Assembly (NCBI GenBank): GCA_964648715.1
Contig: CAZYNM010000002.1
Location: 25,056-89,055, forward strand
DNA from: an uncultured Pseudomonadales bacterium
Lineage (GTDB): Bacteria > Patescibacteriota > Microgenomatia > UBA1400 > PJMF01
Reading direction: 5' to 3'
Length of the DNA stretch: 64,000 nt
Below are positions 1-10,021 of the stretch, piece by piece. Under the pieces are notes generated by a model that worked only from the letters and a program-made list of their open reading frames with translations, had not been told where the DNA came from and did not search any database. Position 1 is the stretch's first letter; every line of letters begins with the position of its first letter. The translations under genes and the position numbers were made by a program.

Positions 1-1
1 A

Positions 2-412
2 TTTGACATCGCAAATAGTATTGGGACACCTGTCTATGCACCTTTTCCAGGGAAGGTATGTGACAAAGGCACTGATACAAAGCCCAGTGGTGGCTACGGT
101 CGCTATGCAAGCCTTGAGTTTTCTATGGGGTCTGCGACAGGTTTAGTTTTGTATTTTGGGCACTTTGCTCAGGGTCCAATGGAAGTGAGCGACGGTTTTG
201 ATAGCAGTCGCTGCAAGATGGTTAATCCGGGAGATATTATTGGTAAAATGGATGATACTGGCTATTCATTTGGCTCACACTTGCACTACGAACTACTTCG
301 TAACAGCCACGGTGTAAAATTGAAAGATCTTATTTTGGATTCGCCCCAAGTCATGAATAACTTTAATTCTGGTAAAGCAGTGTTTGTTAACCACTGTTTC
401 CCAGGAAAGTAA
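2..412 (+). CDS. M23 family peptidoglycan metallopeptidase, C-terminal part (gene runs off the window's left edge)
   Basis: Frame is open from base 2: FDIANSIGTPVYAP...GGYG...YFGH...VNPGDIIGKMDDTGYSFGSHLHYE, with the M23 Asp ligand and HxH zinc motif. Confidence 0.85.
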   Translation, partial: FDIANSIGTPVYAPFPGKVCDKGTDTKPSGGYGRYASLEFSMGSATGLVLYFGHFAQGPMEVSDGFDSSRCKMVNPGDIIGKMDDTGYSFGSHLHYELLRNSHGVKLKDLILDSPQVMNNFNSGKAVFVNHCFPGK

Positions 413-416
413 CCAC

Positions 417-1409
417 ATGGAGTATATTGTTCAAGATCCAGTTCAACAAAAAAAACCAATCCCCTGGTTAGTTTATTTATTAGGAATAGTACTCATATTC
501 CTTGCTTTTAATTACGTATTAGCTTTCTTTACACCAAAAGGAGTGCCAGAACAGCCACTCCTCAGTACAAACTATGACGACACGAGCACGGCATTCTCTG
601 CAATTACGTATAGCGGAGTTCCTCCACAACTACCTTCTACACTACCAATCGCACAAGTGAGTACCACCTATAGTGACGCAGATGGATTTGAGAAGCGCGT
701 AAAAGATACCTATACTCTCAAACCTTTCCCTCAAATTTCAAACATGTGGGAGAGTGCTGAGTATTCACTCACTAAGCTGTCTCAACCAACACAATATATT
801 CTTATACGAAAAAATACAGAGCCGATTAACAAGACGATCATTGTTTCTGACGCACTAAGCACAGCACAAAAAGCGGTGAGTCAATTGTTTCCAGAAGAAA
901 AACTATCACCCATTAGTCAAACAGTAAAATTGTATCGTGTTCTTGATACTCCACACCCCGAACCAGCAGATCAACAAACAGCGAACTCTCTTGAAGTTTC
1001 TTTTGGCTACCAGTTGGGTCCCTATCCTGTTTTCTATCGAAAGGACTACACCTATCCTGTTACCATAATTGTGACTGCAGACGGGAAAGTTGGTAAAGTA
1101 ACGACCCAGCCATTTACTGCTGTTTTTTCAGAAAAAGGGAGTTATAAAACTGTCACGCTGAGCGAAGCATTAAAAAACATTGAGGCTGGAGATGGCGCAA
1201 TTATCTATCAGTCATTTCTAGGTTCAGGAACCCCATCGCTTAAAACCATATTACACGGTACGTTTACCTCTGTTTCACTTGAATATCGTGCTGACGAAAG
1301 CTCTGATTATCTGGTCCCTTACTACCGATTAAAAGGGACACTCACAAACAATGAAAATATTGATTTTGAAGCAGAAGTTATTACTCCCGCAATTCCAATA
1401 AAGCGGTAA
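417..1409 (+). CDS. Hypothetical single-pass membrane protein in the VirB4 module
   Basis: ORF 384..1409; ATG at 417 avoids overlap with the upstream gene; N-terminal hydrophobic helix WLVYLLGIVLIFLAFNYVLAFF followed by a soluble domain. Confidence 0.7.
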   Translation: MEYIVQDPVQQKKPIPWLVYLLGIVLIFLAFNYVLAFFTPKGVPEQPLLSTNYDDTSTAFSAITYSGVPPQLPSTLPIAQVSTTYSDADGFEKRVKDTYTLKPFPQISNMWESAEYSLTKLSQPTQYILIRKNTEPINKTIIVSDALSTAQKAVSQLFPEEKLSPISQTVKLYRVLDTPHPEPADQQTANSLEVSFGYQLGPYPVFYRKDYTYPVTIIVTADGKVGKVTTQPFTAVFSEKGSYKTVTLSEALKNIEAGDGAIIYQSFLGSGTPSLKTILHGTFTSVSLEYRADESSDYLVPYYRLKGTLTNNENIDFEAEVITPAIPIKR

Positions 1410-1426
1410 AATAATAGGTGCTGCCC

Positions 1427-2611
1427 ATGAAAGAACACCCAATCCCGCAAGATATCACCAACTACCGCTTCCATATCGTGGGAAGCATGACACTCAAACA
1501 GTTTGGTGAGGTTGCAGCTGGTGTTGTCATTGCTTTTGTACTCTACAATACAAGTCTCATTGGCATTCTAAAGTGGCCACTTATAGCTATTTTTGCTCTT
1601 GGCGGCGCTGCCGCCGCCTTTGTTCCCATTGAAGAACGTCCTTTAAGCCATTGGATACAGACATTTATTGGTATTCTGTACCGGCCCACCCAGTTTTTTT
1701 GGAAACGCTCGTATAACATACCCGCACCTTTTTTGTTCAAAGGGAACGCAGAACAAGTTGTGCAGCTTAAGGAAATTGATTTAACACCAGCTCGTCGGCA
1801 ACGAATTAAAGAATTCATTTCTTCAACCCACGAACTTGAATCACATTCTTACACAGATGATGAAGTCACAAAAATGAACTCAGTCCTGACCTTGTTTGCT
1901 GATACAACTGTACGAGTACAGACTCGCTCAAAAGCAAGAGAAGTTGAAAAGCCCAGTCTTGAGGTTCGTGTACGCAGTATGCGTCAATTACATACCACTG
2001 AGATTGCATTGCCACATTCTGATGATCACGTTGCAATAAATGCACTTGATGGTGGAATTCGTATTGAAGATACCTACACCTTAGAAGATGTTGCTGCAAC
2101 CCGCGAGTACTCAGATAAGAAAACTGCTTACCTTGATCCATCACAAGTAGCACAATCACTACAAGTTCCTGAAATTGAAACAGTTAATCTTGATGTAAAA
2201 GTACTAACAGATGAAGCAGAAGCGTTGAGAAATCAACAAATATATTCTGGCGAGAGAGCCTTCAGTCCACAAACAGCACCAGAAAATAAGCCTGTGGCTG
2301 CCACAGAAACCGCGCTGTTTAATGCGACACTCCCGTTCCCAACAAAACCCAGTGTCCCCAATAAACTTGTGGGTATGGTTCTCACTCCACACAATGAGCT
2401 TATACCAGGTGCAATTGTTGAGATTAAAACATTGGAGGGACACGTTATTCGGGCTGTAAAAACAAACGCACTTGGCCAGTTCTTCATTACCACCCCACTC
2501 CTCAATGGGCAGTATGTAGTGAATGTTGAAAAAGATGGAAAATCCTTTATTCCTCAGTCTGTGGTGCTTGTGGGCGAAGTTGTAGAACCGCTTGAGATTC
2601 GTAGCAGTTAA
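1427..2611 (+). CDS. PrgI-family membrane protein with C-terminal carboxypeptidase-regulatory-like beta domain
   Basis: HPIPQDI..Y.F.IVG.MTLKQF plus two TM helices and ERPL (PrgI/VirB3-like); C-terminus GMV...IPGAIVEI...TNALGQF...GQY.VNVEKDG. Alternative GTG start at 1418. Confidence 0.75.
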   Translation: MKEHPIPQDITNYRFHIVGSMTLKQFGEVAAGVVIAFVLYNTSLIGILKWPLIAIFALGGAAAAFVPIEERPLSHWIQTFIGILYRPTQFFWKRSYNIPAPFLFKGNAEQVVQLKEIDLTPARRQRIKEFISSTHELESHSYTDDEVTKMNSVLTLFADTTVRVQTRSKAREVEKPSLEVRVRSMRQLHTTEIALPHSDDHVAINALDGGIRIEDTYTLEDVAATREYSDKKTAYLDPSQVAQSLQVPEIETVNLDVKVLTDEAEALRNQQIYSGERAFSPQTAPENKPVAATETALFNATLPFPTKPSVPNKLVGMVLTPHNELIPGAIVEIKTLEGHVIRAVKTNALGQFFITTPLLNGQYVVNVEKDGKSFIPQSVVLVGEVVEPLEIRSS

Positions 2612-2641
2612 AAATAGCCAAATACACGGTATACTAAACGT

Positions 2642-3613
2642 ATGTCTGAAGTTATCCAATCAACTACTCAGCAATTTTTGGATATATTTGATATAACCAA
2701 TAATTACGTCATCATGAAGGACGGAACCGCATCCGTTATCTTAACAGTTGATGCCATGAACTTTGGTTTGCTCGCTGAAGAGGAACAAGATGCCATTATG
2801 TATGCATATGCAGGACTCCTCAATTCGCTCAACTATCCTATCCAAATCTTAGTGCAGTCGCGCACAAAAGACGTAACAGCATACCTCAAACTACTTCAAG
2901 AACAAGAGGTGTCCACTGATAACCAGACAATGCAGCACAGAATACGCATGTATCGTGAGTTTGTAAGTAATTTAATTCATGAACGGAATGTGCTTGATAA
3001 GAAATTCTACGTAGTCATACCCGCCACAGCCATTGAAATGGGCATTGCTTCAGTAAAAGGACTTCTTCCTGGTCAAGCCCAGGTTGATCTTTCTACAGTA
3101 GAACGATCAGTCTTACTAGAAAAAGCACAAAACCTTCTTGATCCCAAGAGGGATCATTTAATCGCACAATTTGCACGCATTGGTTTGTATTCAAGACAGC
3201 TCAATACTCAAGAAATTATTCAGCTCTTCTACGTTCGGTACAATCCTGAGGCAGCAGAAGGTCAACAGATAGGAGAAAGTAGCAGCTACACCACACCATT
3301 GGTGAAAGCAAGTATGCAAGGTGCAGCTATAGCCGCAATCACTCAAGCGTCACAATTGGGTACTCCACAAGAGAGTACTACGGCATCACTTGTGAACACG
3401 CCAGATATACAACCCCCACAAGAATACTATGAACCTGCTCAACCCACTTTTGAACAACCTGAGGTATTACCACCAGTACAACCAATAGAAGAAATCCTGC
3501 CTCCACAAGTAGACACACCGCAACCAGTGGCTACAGAAGAGCTTCAACCTCTTTTCCCCTCTGTTGATGAAGCACCAGCCCCTGCCCTTCCCCCTCTACC
3601 TGAAATAAAGTAA
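2642..3613 (+). CDS. VirB4-associated (TraC/VirB4 N-terminal-like) protein with Pro/Glu-rich tail
   Basis: STTQQFLDI.DI...MKDG...NFGLL..EEQDAI...LNSL.YPIQI pattern, typical of the gene preceding CPR VirB4; position in the module. Confidence 0.6.
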   Translation: MSEVIQSTTQQFLDIFDITNNYVIMKDGTASVILTVDAMNFGLLAEEEQDAIMYAYAGLLNSLNYPIQILVQSRTKDVTAYLKLLQEQEVSTDNQTMQHRIRMYREFVSNLIHERNVLDKKFYVVIPATAIEMGIASVKGLLPGQAQVDLSTVERSVLLEKAQNLLDPKRDHLIAQFARIGLYSRQLNTQEIIQLFYVRYNPEAAEGQQIGESSSYTTPLVKASMQGAAIAAITQASQLGTPQESTTASLVNTPDIQPPQEYYEPAQPTFEQPEVLPPVQPIEEILPPQVDTPQPVATEELQPLFPSVDEAPAPALPPLPEIK

Positions 3614-3654
3614 GGCTTTGCTATTCGCTGTGTAGATAGGGTAAAATAGAAGTA

Positions 3655-5655
3655 ATGCCTAGTTTGTTGCCCACACTACCGCTGCCATTTCTTGGTAAGA
3701 AAAAACAAGAACCTACCTTAACGCCAGAACAACTCCAAGAAGAAAAAAACATGGAGAAGCTGCGTCAATTTTCTCGGGGACTCGTTACAATCCAGGATAT
3801 CATTGCACCAGAAGCTATTGAGGTAGACTTCACGTTTCAAAAAATTAATTCAACCTATACACGCACACTTTTTGTTGCAGGCTATCCACGCAGTGTTCCG
3901 GCCAACTGGCTTGCTCCGCTCATTAATTATCCCCATCAGATTACAACCAGCATGTTTGTATTTCCCGTTGATTCAGCAGAAATTCTTGACAACCTTAAGC
4001 GCAAAATCACCGAAATGGAAGCTGAAATTCAGTCAGATTTACGCGCAGGTAAGATTAGTAACATCAATACAGAAGTCAAACTCGAAGATGCCCGTTTTAT
4101 ACGTGAAGAGCTCGCAAAAGGATCAGAGCGGTTCTTCCAATTTGGCTTATATGTAACTATTCAAGCAAAAGACAAAGAAGAGCTTGATAGAGTCACCAAA
4201 AGTATTCAGTCAACACTCGGCGCTCTTTTGATTGTATCCAAAAAAGCCACTCTACAAATGGACGAAGGCTTCAAAACTACGCTCCCCATGGGAACCGATA
4301 AGTTACTGGTTACCCGTAACATGGATACTACTTCACTCGCTACGACATTTCCCTTTACTTCATCTGAGCTCACCATGGAGTCTGGCATTATGTATGGCAT
4401 CAATGAGCACAACGACTCTCTTGTCATCTTTGATCGCTTCAAAATGGAAAATGCGAACATGGTAATATTTGCTAAATCTGGTGCGGGTAAGTCATACACT
4501 GTCAAACTAGAGATTTTGCGCCAACTCATGTTTGGTGCTGAAGTAATTGTTATGGACCCCGAACATGAATATGAAGATCTCACAAAAGCAGTTGATGGTG
4601 AATACATTAATTTCACGTTTAACTCTAAATCAAAAATTAATCCCTTTGATCTAGCTAATCTGTACGAAGAAGGAGAAAATGAATTGGGACAAAAAATAAT
4701 CTCACTTCATGGACTTCTTAAAGTTATGTTGGGCGAGATGACTCCTCAGCAAGATGCCCTTCTTGATAGAGCGCTCGTTGCTGCCTATAAAGCCAAGGGT
4801 ATTACTCCCGATCCAGGGACTCAAAACAATGAACCCCCACTCATGGAGGATGTCTACAAAGCATTGATAGGCATGGAAAGCAAAGATGCAGACGATATTT
4901 CAGCTCGTTTAGAGAAGTTTATCACTGGTTCTTTTAGAGGTATATTTGATCAAAAATCAAATATAGATTTAACAAAACAACTCACTGTTTTTTCGGTAAA
5001 AGAAATGGAAGAAGAGATGCGTCCAATTGCTATGTATATTATCTTGGACTTTATCTGGACACGTGTACGAAAATCAATGAAAAAACGCTTACTTATTATT
5101 GATGAGGCTTGGTATTTTATGAAACACCCAGATTCTGCCTCATTTATTTATTCTATGGTGAAGAGAGCTCGTAAATATTACTTAGGGATCACTACGATCA
5201 CTCAAGACGTTGAAGACTTTTTACATACTGATTTCGGAAAAGCTATTGTTACCAATGCATCAATTCAGTTTCTTATGAAACAATCGACAGCATCTATTCC
5301 TGTGCTGGCTGAAACCTTTTACCTTTCACAAGGTGAACGGCAACTTTTGGTAACTGCAGATGTTGGTGAAGGAATTTTCTTTGCTGGACAAAACCATGTT
5401 GCTTTGCGTGTTGTCGCAAGCGATGAAGAACACACCCTTATCACTACCAATCCAGAAGAAGTTATGGCCCGTAAACAAACAATTCTCCAGCAAAGAACTA
5501 CTGTTACCATGCAGCAGCCTATTGCCCAAGCTCCTGTACAGACAGTCCAACCTATTGCAAAAGCAACGGTCCAACAAGCTTCCCAACCAGCCCAGCCCCG
5601 TCAATTAACATCATACGACTCAATTGAGAACTACGTTCCACCTCAAAGATCATAG
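3655..5655 (+). CDS. virB4: VirB4-like type IV secretion ATPase
   Basis: Walker A AKSGAGKS, DPEHEY, INPFD, Walker B LLIIDEAW, KRARKY..ITTITQD. Confidence 0.85.
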   Translation: MPSLLPTLPLPFLGKKKQEPTLTPEQLQEEKNMEKLRQFSRGLVTIQDIIAPEAIEVDFTFQKINSTYTRTLFVAGYPRSVPANWLAPLINYPHQITTSMFVFPVDSAEILDNLKRKITEMEAEIQSDLRAGKISNINTEVKLEDARFIREELAKGSERFFQFGLYVTIQAKDKEELDRVTKSIQSTLGALLIVSKKATLQMDEGFKTTLPMGTDKLLVTRNMDTTSLATTFPFTSSELTMESGIMYGINEHNDSLVIFDRFKMENANMVIFAKSGAGKSYTVKLEILRQLMFGAEVIVMDPEHEYEDLTKAVDGEYINFTFNSKSKINPFDLANLYEEGENELGQKIISLHGLLKVMLGEMTPQQDALLDRALVAAYKAKGITPDPGTQNNEPPLMEDVYKALIGMESKDADDISARLEKFITGSFRGIFDQKSNIDLTKQLTVFSVKEMEEEMRPIAMYIILDFIWTRVRKSMKKRLLIIDEAWYFMKHPDSASFIYSMVKRARKYYLGITTITQDVEDFLHTDFGKAIVTNASIQFLMKQSTASIPVLAETFYLSQGERQLLVTADVGEGIFFAGQNHVALRVVASDEEHTLITTNPEEVMARKQTILQQRTTVTMQQPIAQAPVQTVQPIAKATVQQASQPAQPRQLTSYDSIENYVPPQRS

Positions 5656-5671
5656 AATTTCCCCCTTGCGC

Positions 5672-5694
5672 TGTGGGGAAAACTCTGTGTATAA
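5672..5694 (-). promoter_or_regulatory. DnaA boxes upstream of dnaA
   Basis: TGTGTATAA at 5686-5694 (= TTATACACA, matches TTATNCACA) and degenerate TGTGGGGAA at 5672-5680. Confidence 0.65.
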
Positions 5695-5743
5695 CTACAG
5701 TACTTTCCTTGCCACAAACAGTAGTATGTAGGATCAGAGGTGT

Positions 5744-7213
5744 ATGTCTCGTGATATTATTTCTCTTTGGAACCAATATTGTGCTGAGATAACCACAAAA
5801 GTGAGTCCAGCGGTTTACAACACTTGGATTCTTTCCAACCCCATCACTGATTATTCTGACCAGAATTTGAATTCACGAGTTACTATTACCTGCCCCACTG
5901 CATTTCATGCGACTAATTTACAAAAGAACCTTCACATGACAATACAGTCTGTCCTTGAAGGCGTACTGGGTAAGCCATGTACTATACAATATGAAGTGGG
6001 AGACCCCATTGCACAGAAGAAAGAGCATAATGCACAACCTTCATCTGCAACGACACCCCCTCTTCTCGACCCCTTTACTCATTTTTCTCAGGCTCAGACG
6101 CAATCACCTCGAGTTGAAGAACTTTTTTCACAGCATACGCTTCAGTCTGCACAAGAAGATAGATTTCAACTTCAAGCACGAACAATTGGTCTACGAACAG
6201 ACTATACGTTTGCGACCTTTGCTGTCTCAACAACCAACGAGATGGCGCATGCTGCAGCTACTGCTGTGTCTAATAGGCCCGGACTTTCCTATAATCCACT
6301 TTTCCTGTATGGAGGTGTTGGTGTTGGAAAAACACATCTAATGCACGCTATTGGCAGTAATATCTTACAAGCCAATCCTATGACCAAGATTATCTATTGC
6401 ACTGGAGAAGAATTTACCAACGACATTGTGCATGCCATTCAGACAAAGAAAGCGACTTCATTTAAAGATAAGTTTCGTTCTCCCAATGTTCTTTTAATAG
6501 ATGACATCCAGTTCATAGCAGGTAAAAATGCCGTACAAGAAGAATTTTTTCATACATTCAACGCGCTTATTAAGCAGCAAAGCCAGGTAGTACTCACCTC
6601 AGACCGACCTCCACATGAAATCACGTTATTGGAAGACCGTCTTCGTTCCCGCTTTGAAGCTGGCTTAATGATTGATATCCAGCAACCATCATTTGAGTTA
6701 CGAACCGCAATTGTGTTGGTAAAAGCCAAGGCACAAATGATTGCTATGTCTATAGATATGGCAAAAATTATTGCATCCAAAGTAGAAAGTGCTCGCAAGA
6801 TCGAAGGAGTGATTACAAGTATTCGTTCAGCAATAGAGTTACGTCATAGAAGCTTGGATGCAGATTTACTTGATGAACTTTTACAGTCAGAAATAGAAAC
6901 TAAACGAAATAGAATCAAAGTTGCTCCTGCTGACGTAATTAAGACGGTTGCCAATCACTATCATATAAAACAAGCATCATTAAAGGGAACAAGTCGTCTA
7001 AAAAATTTAGTTACTGCACGTCATATTGCCATGTATCTGTTAAAAAAAGAGCTTTCACTTCCCTTGGTTGAGATTGGCCGTTGGTTTACCGGCAGAGATC
7101 ATACCAGTGTTCTACATGCTGTCAAAAAAATTGAAAAAGACATTGTTTTTGACGAACAATTAAAACAAGATATTTCCGCTCTTCAAACAACCCTTTCTGC
7201 TATTTCAAGATAG
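5744..7213 (+). CDS. dnaA: Chromosomal replication initiator DnaA
   Basis: YNPLFLYGGVGVGKTHL, LLIDDIQF, QEEFFHTFN, RLRSRF, domain IV GRDHTSVLHA. Confidence 0.98.
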   Translation: MSRDIISLWNQYCAEITTKVSPAVYNTWILSNPITDYSDQNLNSRVTITCPTAFHATNLQKNLHMTIQSVLEGVLGKPCTIQYEVGDPIAQKKEHNAQPSSATTPPLLDPFTHFSQAQTQSPRVEELFSQHTLQSAQEDRFQLQARTIGLRTDYTFATFAVSTTNEMAHAAATAVSNRPGLSYNPLFLYGGVGVGKTHLMHAIGSNILQANPMTKIIYCTGEEFTNDIVHAIQTKKATSFKDKFRSPNVLLIDDIQFIAGKNAVQEEFFHTFNALIKQQSQVVLTSDRPPHEITLLEDRLRSRFEAGLMIDIQQPSFELRTAIVLVKAKAQMIAMSIDMAKIIASKVESARKIEGVITSIRSAIELRHRSLDADLLDELLQSEIETKRNRIKVAPADVIKTVANHYHIKQASLKGTSRLKNLVTARHIAMYLLKKELSLPLVEIGRWFTGRDHTSVLHAVKKIEKDIVFDEQLKQDISALQTTLSAISR

Positions 7214-7487
7214 AGGTTATGCACAGATGTGCATAACACTGTGCAGAACTACACAACAGCCTGTGAAAAAAAATAGTACTTATGCACTGCTTACACAGTT
7301 TTAAAAGTTGTTCACAAAATACTCCCCACATTGTGCACAGAGAAATACACAGATAGCACCAGGTCATATTCACAGGCTGTACACAGTAGTATTTCCAGAT
7401 GTATACTAGGGCATTCTCCACATTTTCCGACTGCCCTACTATTACTACAACTAATATATAGTAAGAAAAATAGAGAAAAGAACTTTC
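7214..7487. other. oriC: Replication origin oriC (dnaA-dnaN intergenic)
   Basis: Cluster of DnaA-box-like 9-mers (TTATGCACA 7217, TGTGCATAA 7228, TTATGCACT 7280, TTGTTCACA 7308, TTGTGCACA 7331, TTCTCCACA 7414), then TGCC and a DnaA-trio-like run CTACTATTACTACAACTAATA (7436-7456) and an AT-rich tract. Confidence 0.85.
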
Positions 7488-8594
7488 ATGCAATTTCATA
7501 TACAACAAAAAGAATTAGAGCGTGCATTGAACTTCCTCCAAAAGGCAATTCCTGCTCGTCCACAATTGCCAGTACTTTCTGCTCTGCTCATTACCACTAC
7601 GAAAGATACGTGTAGTATTGCCGCAACAGATCTGTATTTTGGAGTACGGGTAACTATGCCAATTACTGAATCACAAGAGGGTTCTGTAGCTGTTCCGGGG
7701 AAAGAGTTCAGAGAACTTATTCAGTCTTTGCCTTCAACTGCAACTGTACAACTCACCTTGAATGAGAATACAGTGACTCTAACTGCTGGAAAGATTAGAT
7801 GCACGTTACAATGCCTGGATAGTAAAGATTATCCAGCTTTTCCAGAACTATCTGGTGAGACCATCTCACTCAGTAGTACATTACTTCAACAAGTTGTTAA
7901 GTATGTAACCCAAAGCACTTCGCTAGATCAAGCACGCCCGCTGCTAACTGGTATTCTCTTCTCTTTTTCTGATAGCACAGTCCGTTGTGTAGGAACAGAT
8001 GGCTTTCGTCTGTCTATTCTTGATGCTGAAAGTATGAGCTCTTATGCAGAATCATTTATATTGCCAGCCAAGACCCTTGCAGAAGCTGTTAGAATCATTG
8101 ACCAGTTATCAGTTTCAGAGGCTGTTTTGACCATCTCCAAGACCCTTAAACAAGTGTATTGCACAGCAGAGGGGGTTGAGATTTTTATGCGTTTGCTAGA
8201 AGGTGAATATCCTCCGTACCAAAAAATAATCCCTGTTACTCATGCTACAGAGCTAGTTGTGTCTGCAGAAGTTCTTATAGAACAAGTGAAACGGGCACTA
8301 ATCTACTCGCGAGATTCTTCAAGCGTGATTACTTTTTCTATAACAGAGCAACACTGCAGTATCTCAGCAACATCTTCCACTCTAGGTAACTACCATGCAG
8401 AAGTAGAAGAAGCTCAAGTAAAAGGTACTGATGTTACTATCTCATTTAAAGCAAAGTACTTGCTCGATTTTTTAAGTACAGTTCCTGATTCAGATATCTG
8501 GATGGGAATGAACGAAAGTCTCAAACCTGTGCTCTTCAAAGCACAAAAAGTGTCGAACCTCCAGTATGTTGTTATGCCCTTCCGAGTAACGTAA
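7488..8594 (+). CDS. dnaN: DNA polymerase III beta sliding clamp
   Basis: P.LPVLS..LI, ATDL, RPLLTGI, VGTDGFRLS, RLLEGEYPPY, YVVMP; follows dnaA. Confidence 0.95.
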   Translation: MQFHIQQKELERALNFLQKAIPARPQLPVLSALLITTTKDTCSIAATDLYFGVRVTMPITESQEGSVAVPGKEFRELIQSLPSTATVQLTLNENTVTLTAGKIRCTLQCLDSKDYPAFPELSGETISLSSTLLQQVVKYVTQSTSLDQARPLLTGILFSFSDSTVRCVGTDGFRLSILDAESMSSYAESFILPAKTLAEAVRIIDQLSVSEAVLTISKTLKQVYCTAEGVEIFMRLLEGEYPPYQKIIPVTHATELVVSAEVLIEQVKRALIYSRDSSSVITFSITEQHCSISATSSTLGNYHAEVEEAQVKGTDVTISFKAKYLLDFLSTVPDSDIWMGMNESLKPVLFKAQKVSNLQYVVMPFRVT

Positions 8595-8617
8595 TCATCT
8601 GATATACTACGCATCTT

Positions 8618-8755
8618 ATGACAAAACGAACGTGGAACCCTAAAAAAAGAAAACGAGCTCGAACACACGGCTTTTTACGCCGTATGAAAAGCGTGGGTGG
8701 TATGAAGGTGCTTAAACGACGCCGCGCCAAAGGTCGTGCACGGCTTGCTGTATAA
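8618..8755 (+). CDS. rpmH: 50S ribosomal protein L34 (missing from the ORF track because it is only 45 aa)
   Basis: Manual translation [45 protein letters not shown]. Confidence 0.97.
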   Translation: MTKRTWNPKKRKRARTHGFLRRMKSVGGMKVLKRRRAKGRARLAV

Positions 8756-8759
8756 CTCC

Positions 8760-9110
8760 ATGGTAGCACGGCAGAAAAAAGTACCGCTGAGAACAATCCC
8801 TCAGTATTTTTCATTGGCTCAAAAAAGAAAAGTTGGAAGATTGATACTCTATGTAGTACCAACAACTACAAGAAGAGTGCGTTTCTCCTGTATCATATCT
8901 TCTCAGAAACAATCATTTACAGCGGTAGAACGAAATAGAATTAAGCGCTTGCTGTACAGGGGGATCGAAGATCTGCTTACTATGAAACTAGTGTATAATC
9001 TTGACATTGTCTGCGTCGCATTTTGTGCTCCCACAGTGCAAGAGCTACAGTCAATACGCCATGAAATATCTCTTCTTGCCGTATCACCTACTCCGAGTAT
9101 TCAGGCATAG
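8760..9110 (+). CDS. rnpA: Ribonuclease P protein component
   Basis: AVERNRIKRLL RNR motif; position directly after rpmH; ATG at 8760. Confidence 0.85.
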   Translation: MVARQKKVPLRTIPQYFSLAQKRKVGRLILYVVPTTTRRVRFSCIISSQKQSFTAVERNRIKRLLYRGIEDLLTMKLVYNLDIVCVAFCAPTVQELQSIRHEISLLAVSPTPSIQA

Positions 9111-9252
9111 TGTGCTTTTGGCTGTTTTTGGGAGTGTGAGTTACTGCAAACATACACCAAGTTGCAGTGTATTTATGCAGCAAAGTATGAAGGAAAAAGG
9201 AATACTTAAAGGCGGCATGCTTGGGTTACAAAGAGTACTCAGCTGTTGGTAA
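9061..9252 (+). CDS. yidD: Membrane protein insertion efficiency factor
   Basis: C.HTPSCS.F...G..KG...G..RVLSC Cys pattern; lies between rnpA and yidC. Confidence 0.8.
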   Translation: MKYLFLPYHLLRVFRHSVLLAVFGSVSYCKHTPSCSVFMQQSMKEKGILKGGMLGLQRVLSCW

Positions 9253-9255
9253 TAT

Positions 9256-10008
9256 ATGCAATTTTTATTTGACACATTTACTCACCTTATTCTTTTCTTG
9301 TATCAAACCACAGGAAACTTGGGCCTGGCACTCATCGTTTTCACTCTTGGTGTGCGCACTGTTCTCTTCCCTCTCTCTCACTCCTCACTTAAAGCGGCAA
9401 AAGCTATGAAAGAGCTGCAACCGGAACTAAAAAAACTGCAAAAGAAACATAAAGGTGACTCAGTTAAGCTACAAGCTGCCCAGTCGGAACTCTATAAAAA
9501 ATACAATGTTAATCCTTTTGCTGGATGTATTCCTCAAGTTGCACAAATTGTAATTCTCATTTTTCTCTACAATGTACTCTCTAAATTTTTCACACATTCA
9601 GAAATAAATGGAGTTGCAATTAATGCTTCATTTTTAGGGCTGCAGCTGAATCATCCAGATCCTACATATATAATTCCCGTTCTTGCTGGAGCAACACAGT
9701 TACTTCTCTCTCTCATGATCGCTCCTGGAGCGGAACAACCAGATATTGTTCCCAATGATAGTACTCAGAAAAAAGTTCAGAAGGAAAATGAAAAAGAAGA
9801 AGATATTGCCGAAATGGCTTCAAGCATGCAAAAGCAGATGCTGTTTATCATGCCAATAATGACCGGATTTATAGCAATTAAATTTCCTGCAGGGCTGGGC
9901 CTCTACTGGATCATTACCACTGTGGTGAGTATTGCACAACAATGGTATGTTTCAGGTTGGGGAGGCGTCACGCTCTACATACAACGTTTAAAAACAAAAC
10001 TAGGTTAA
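9256..10008 (+). CDS. yidC: Membrane protein insertase YidC (short form)
   Basis: NLGLALIVFT..VR..LFPL, MKELQPELKKLQ, VNPFAGCIP, PAGLGLYW. Confidence 0.95.
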   Translation: MQFLFDTFTHLILFLYQTTGNLGLALIVFTLGVRTVLFPLSHSSLKAAKAMKELQPELKKLQKKHKGDSVKLQAAQSELYKKYNVNPFAGCIPQVAQIVILIFLYNVLSKFFTHSEINGVAINASFLGLQLNHPDPTYIIPVLAGATQLLLSLMIAPGAEQPDIVPNDSTQKKVQKENEKEEDIAEMASSMQKQMLFIMPIMTGFIAIKFPAGLGLYWIITTVVSIAQQWYVSGWGGVTLYIQRLKTKLG

Positions 10009-10021
10009 CCAGAAAGGGATT

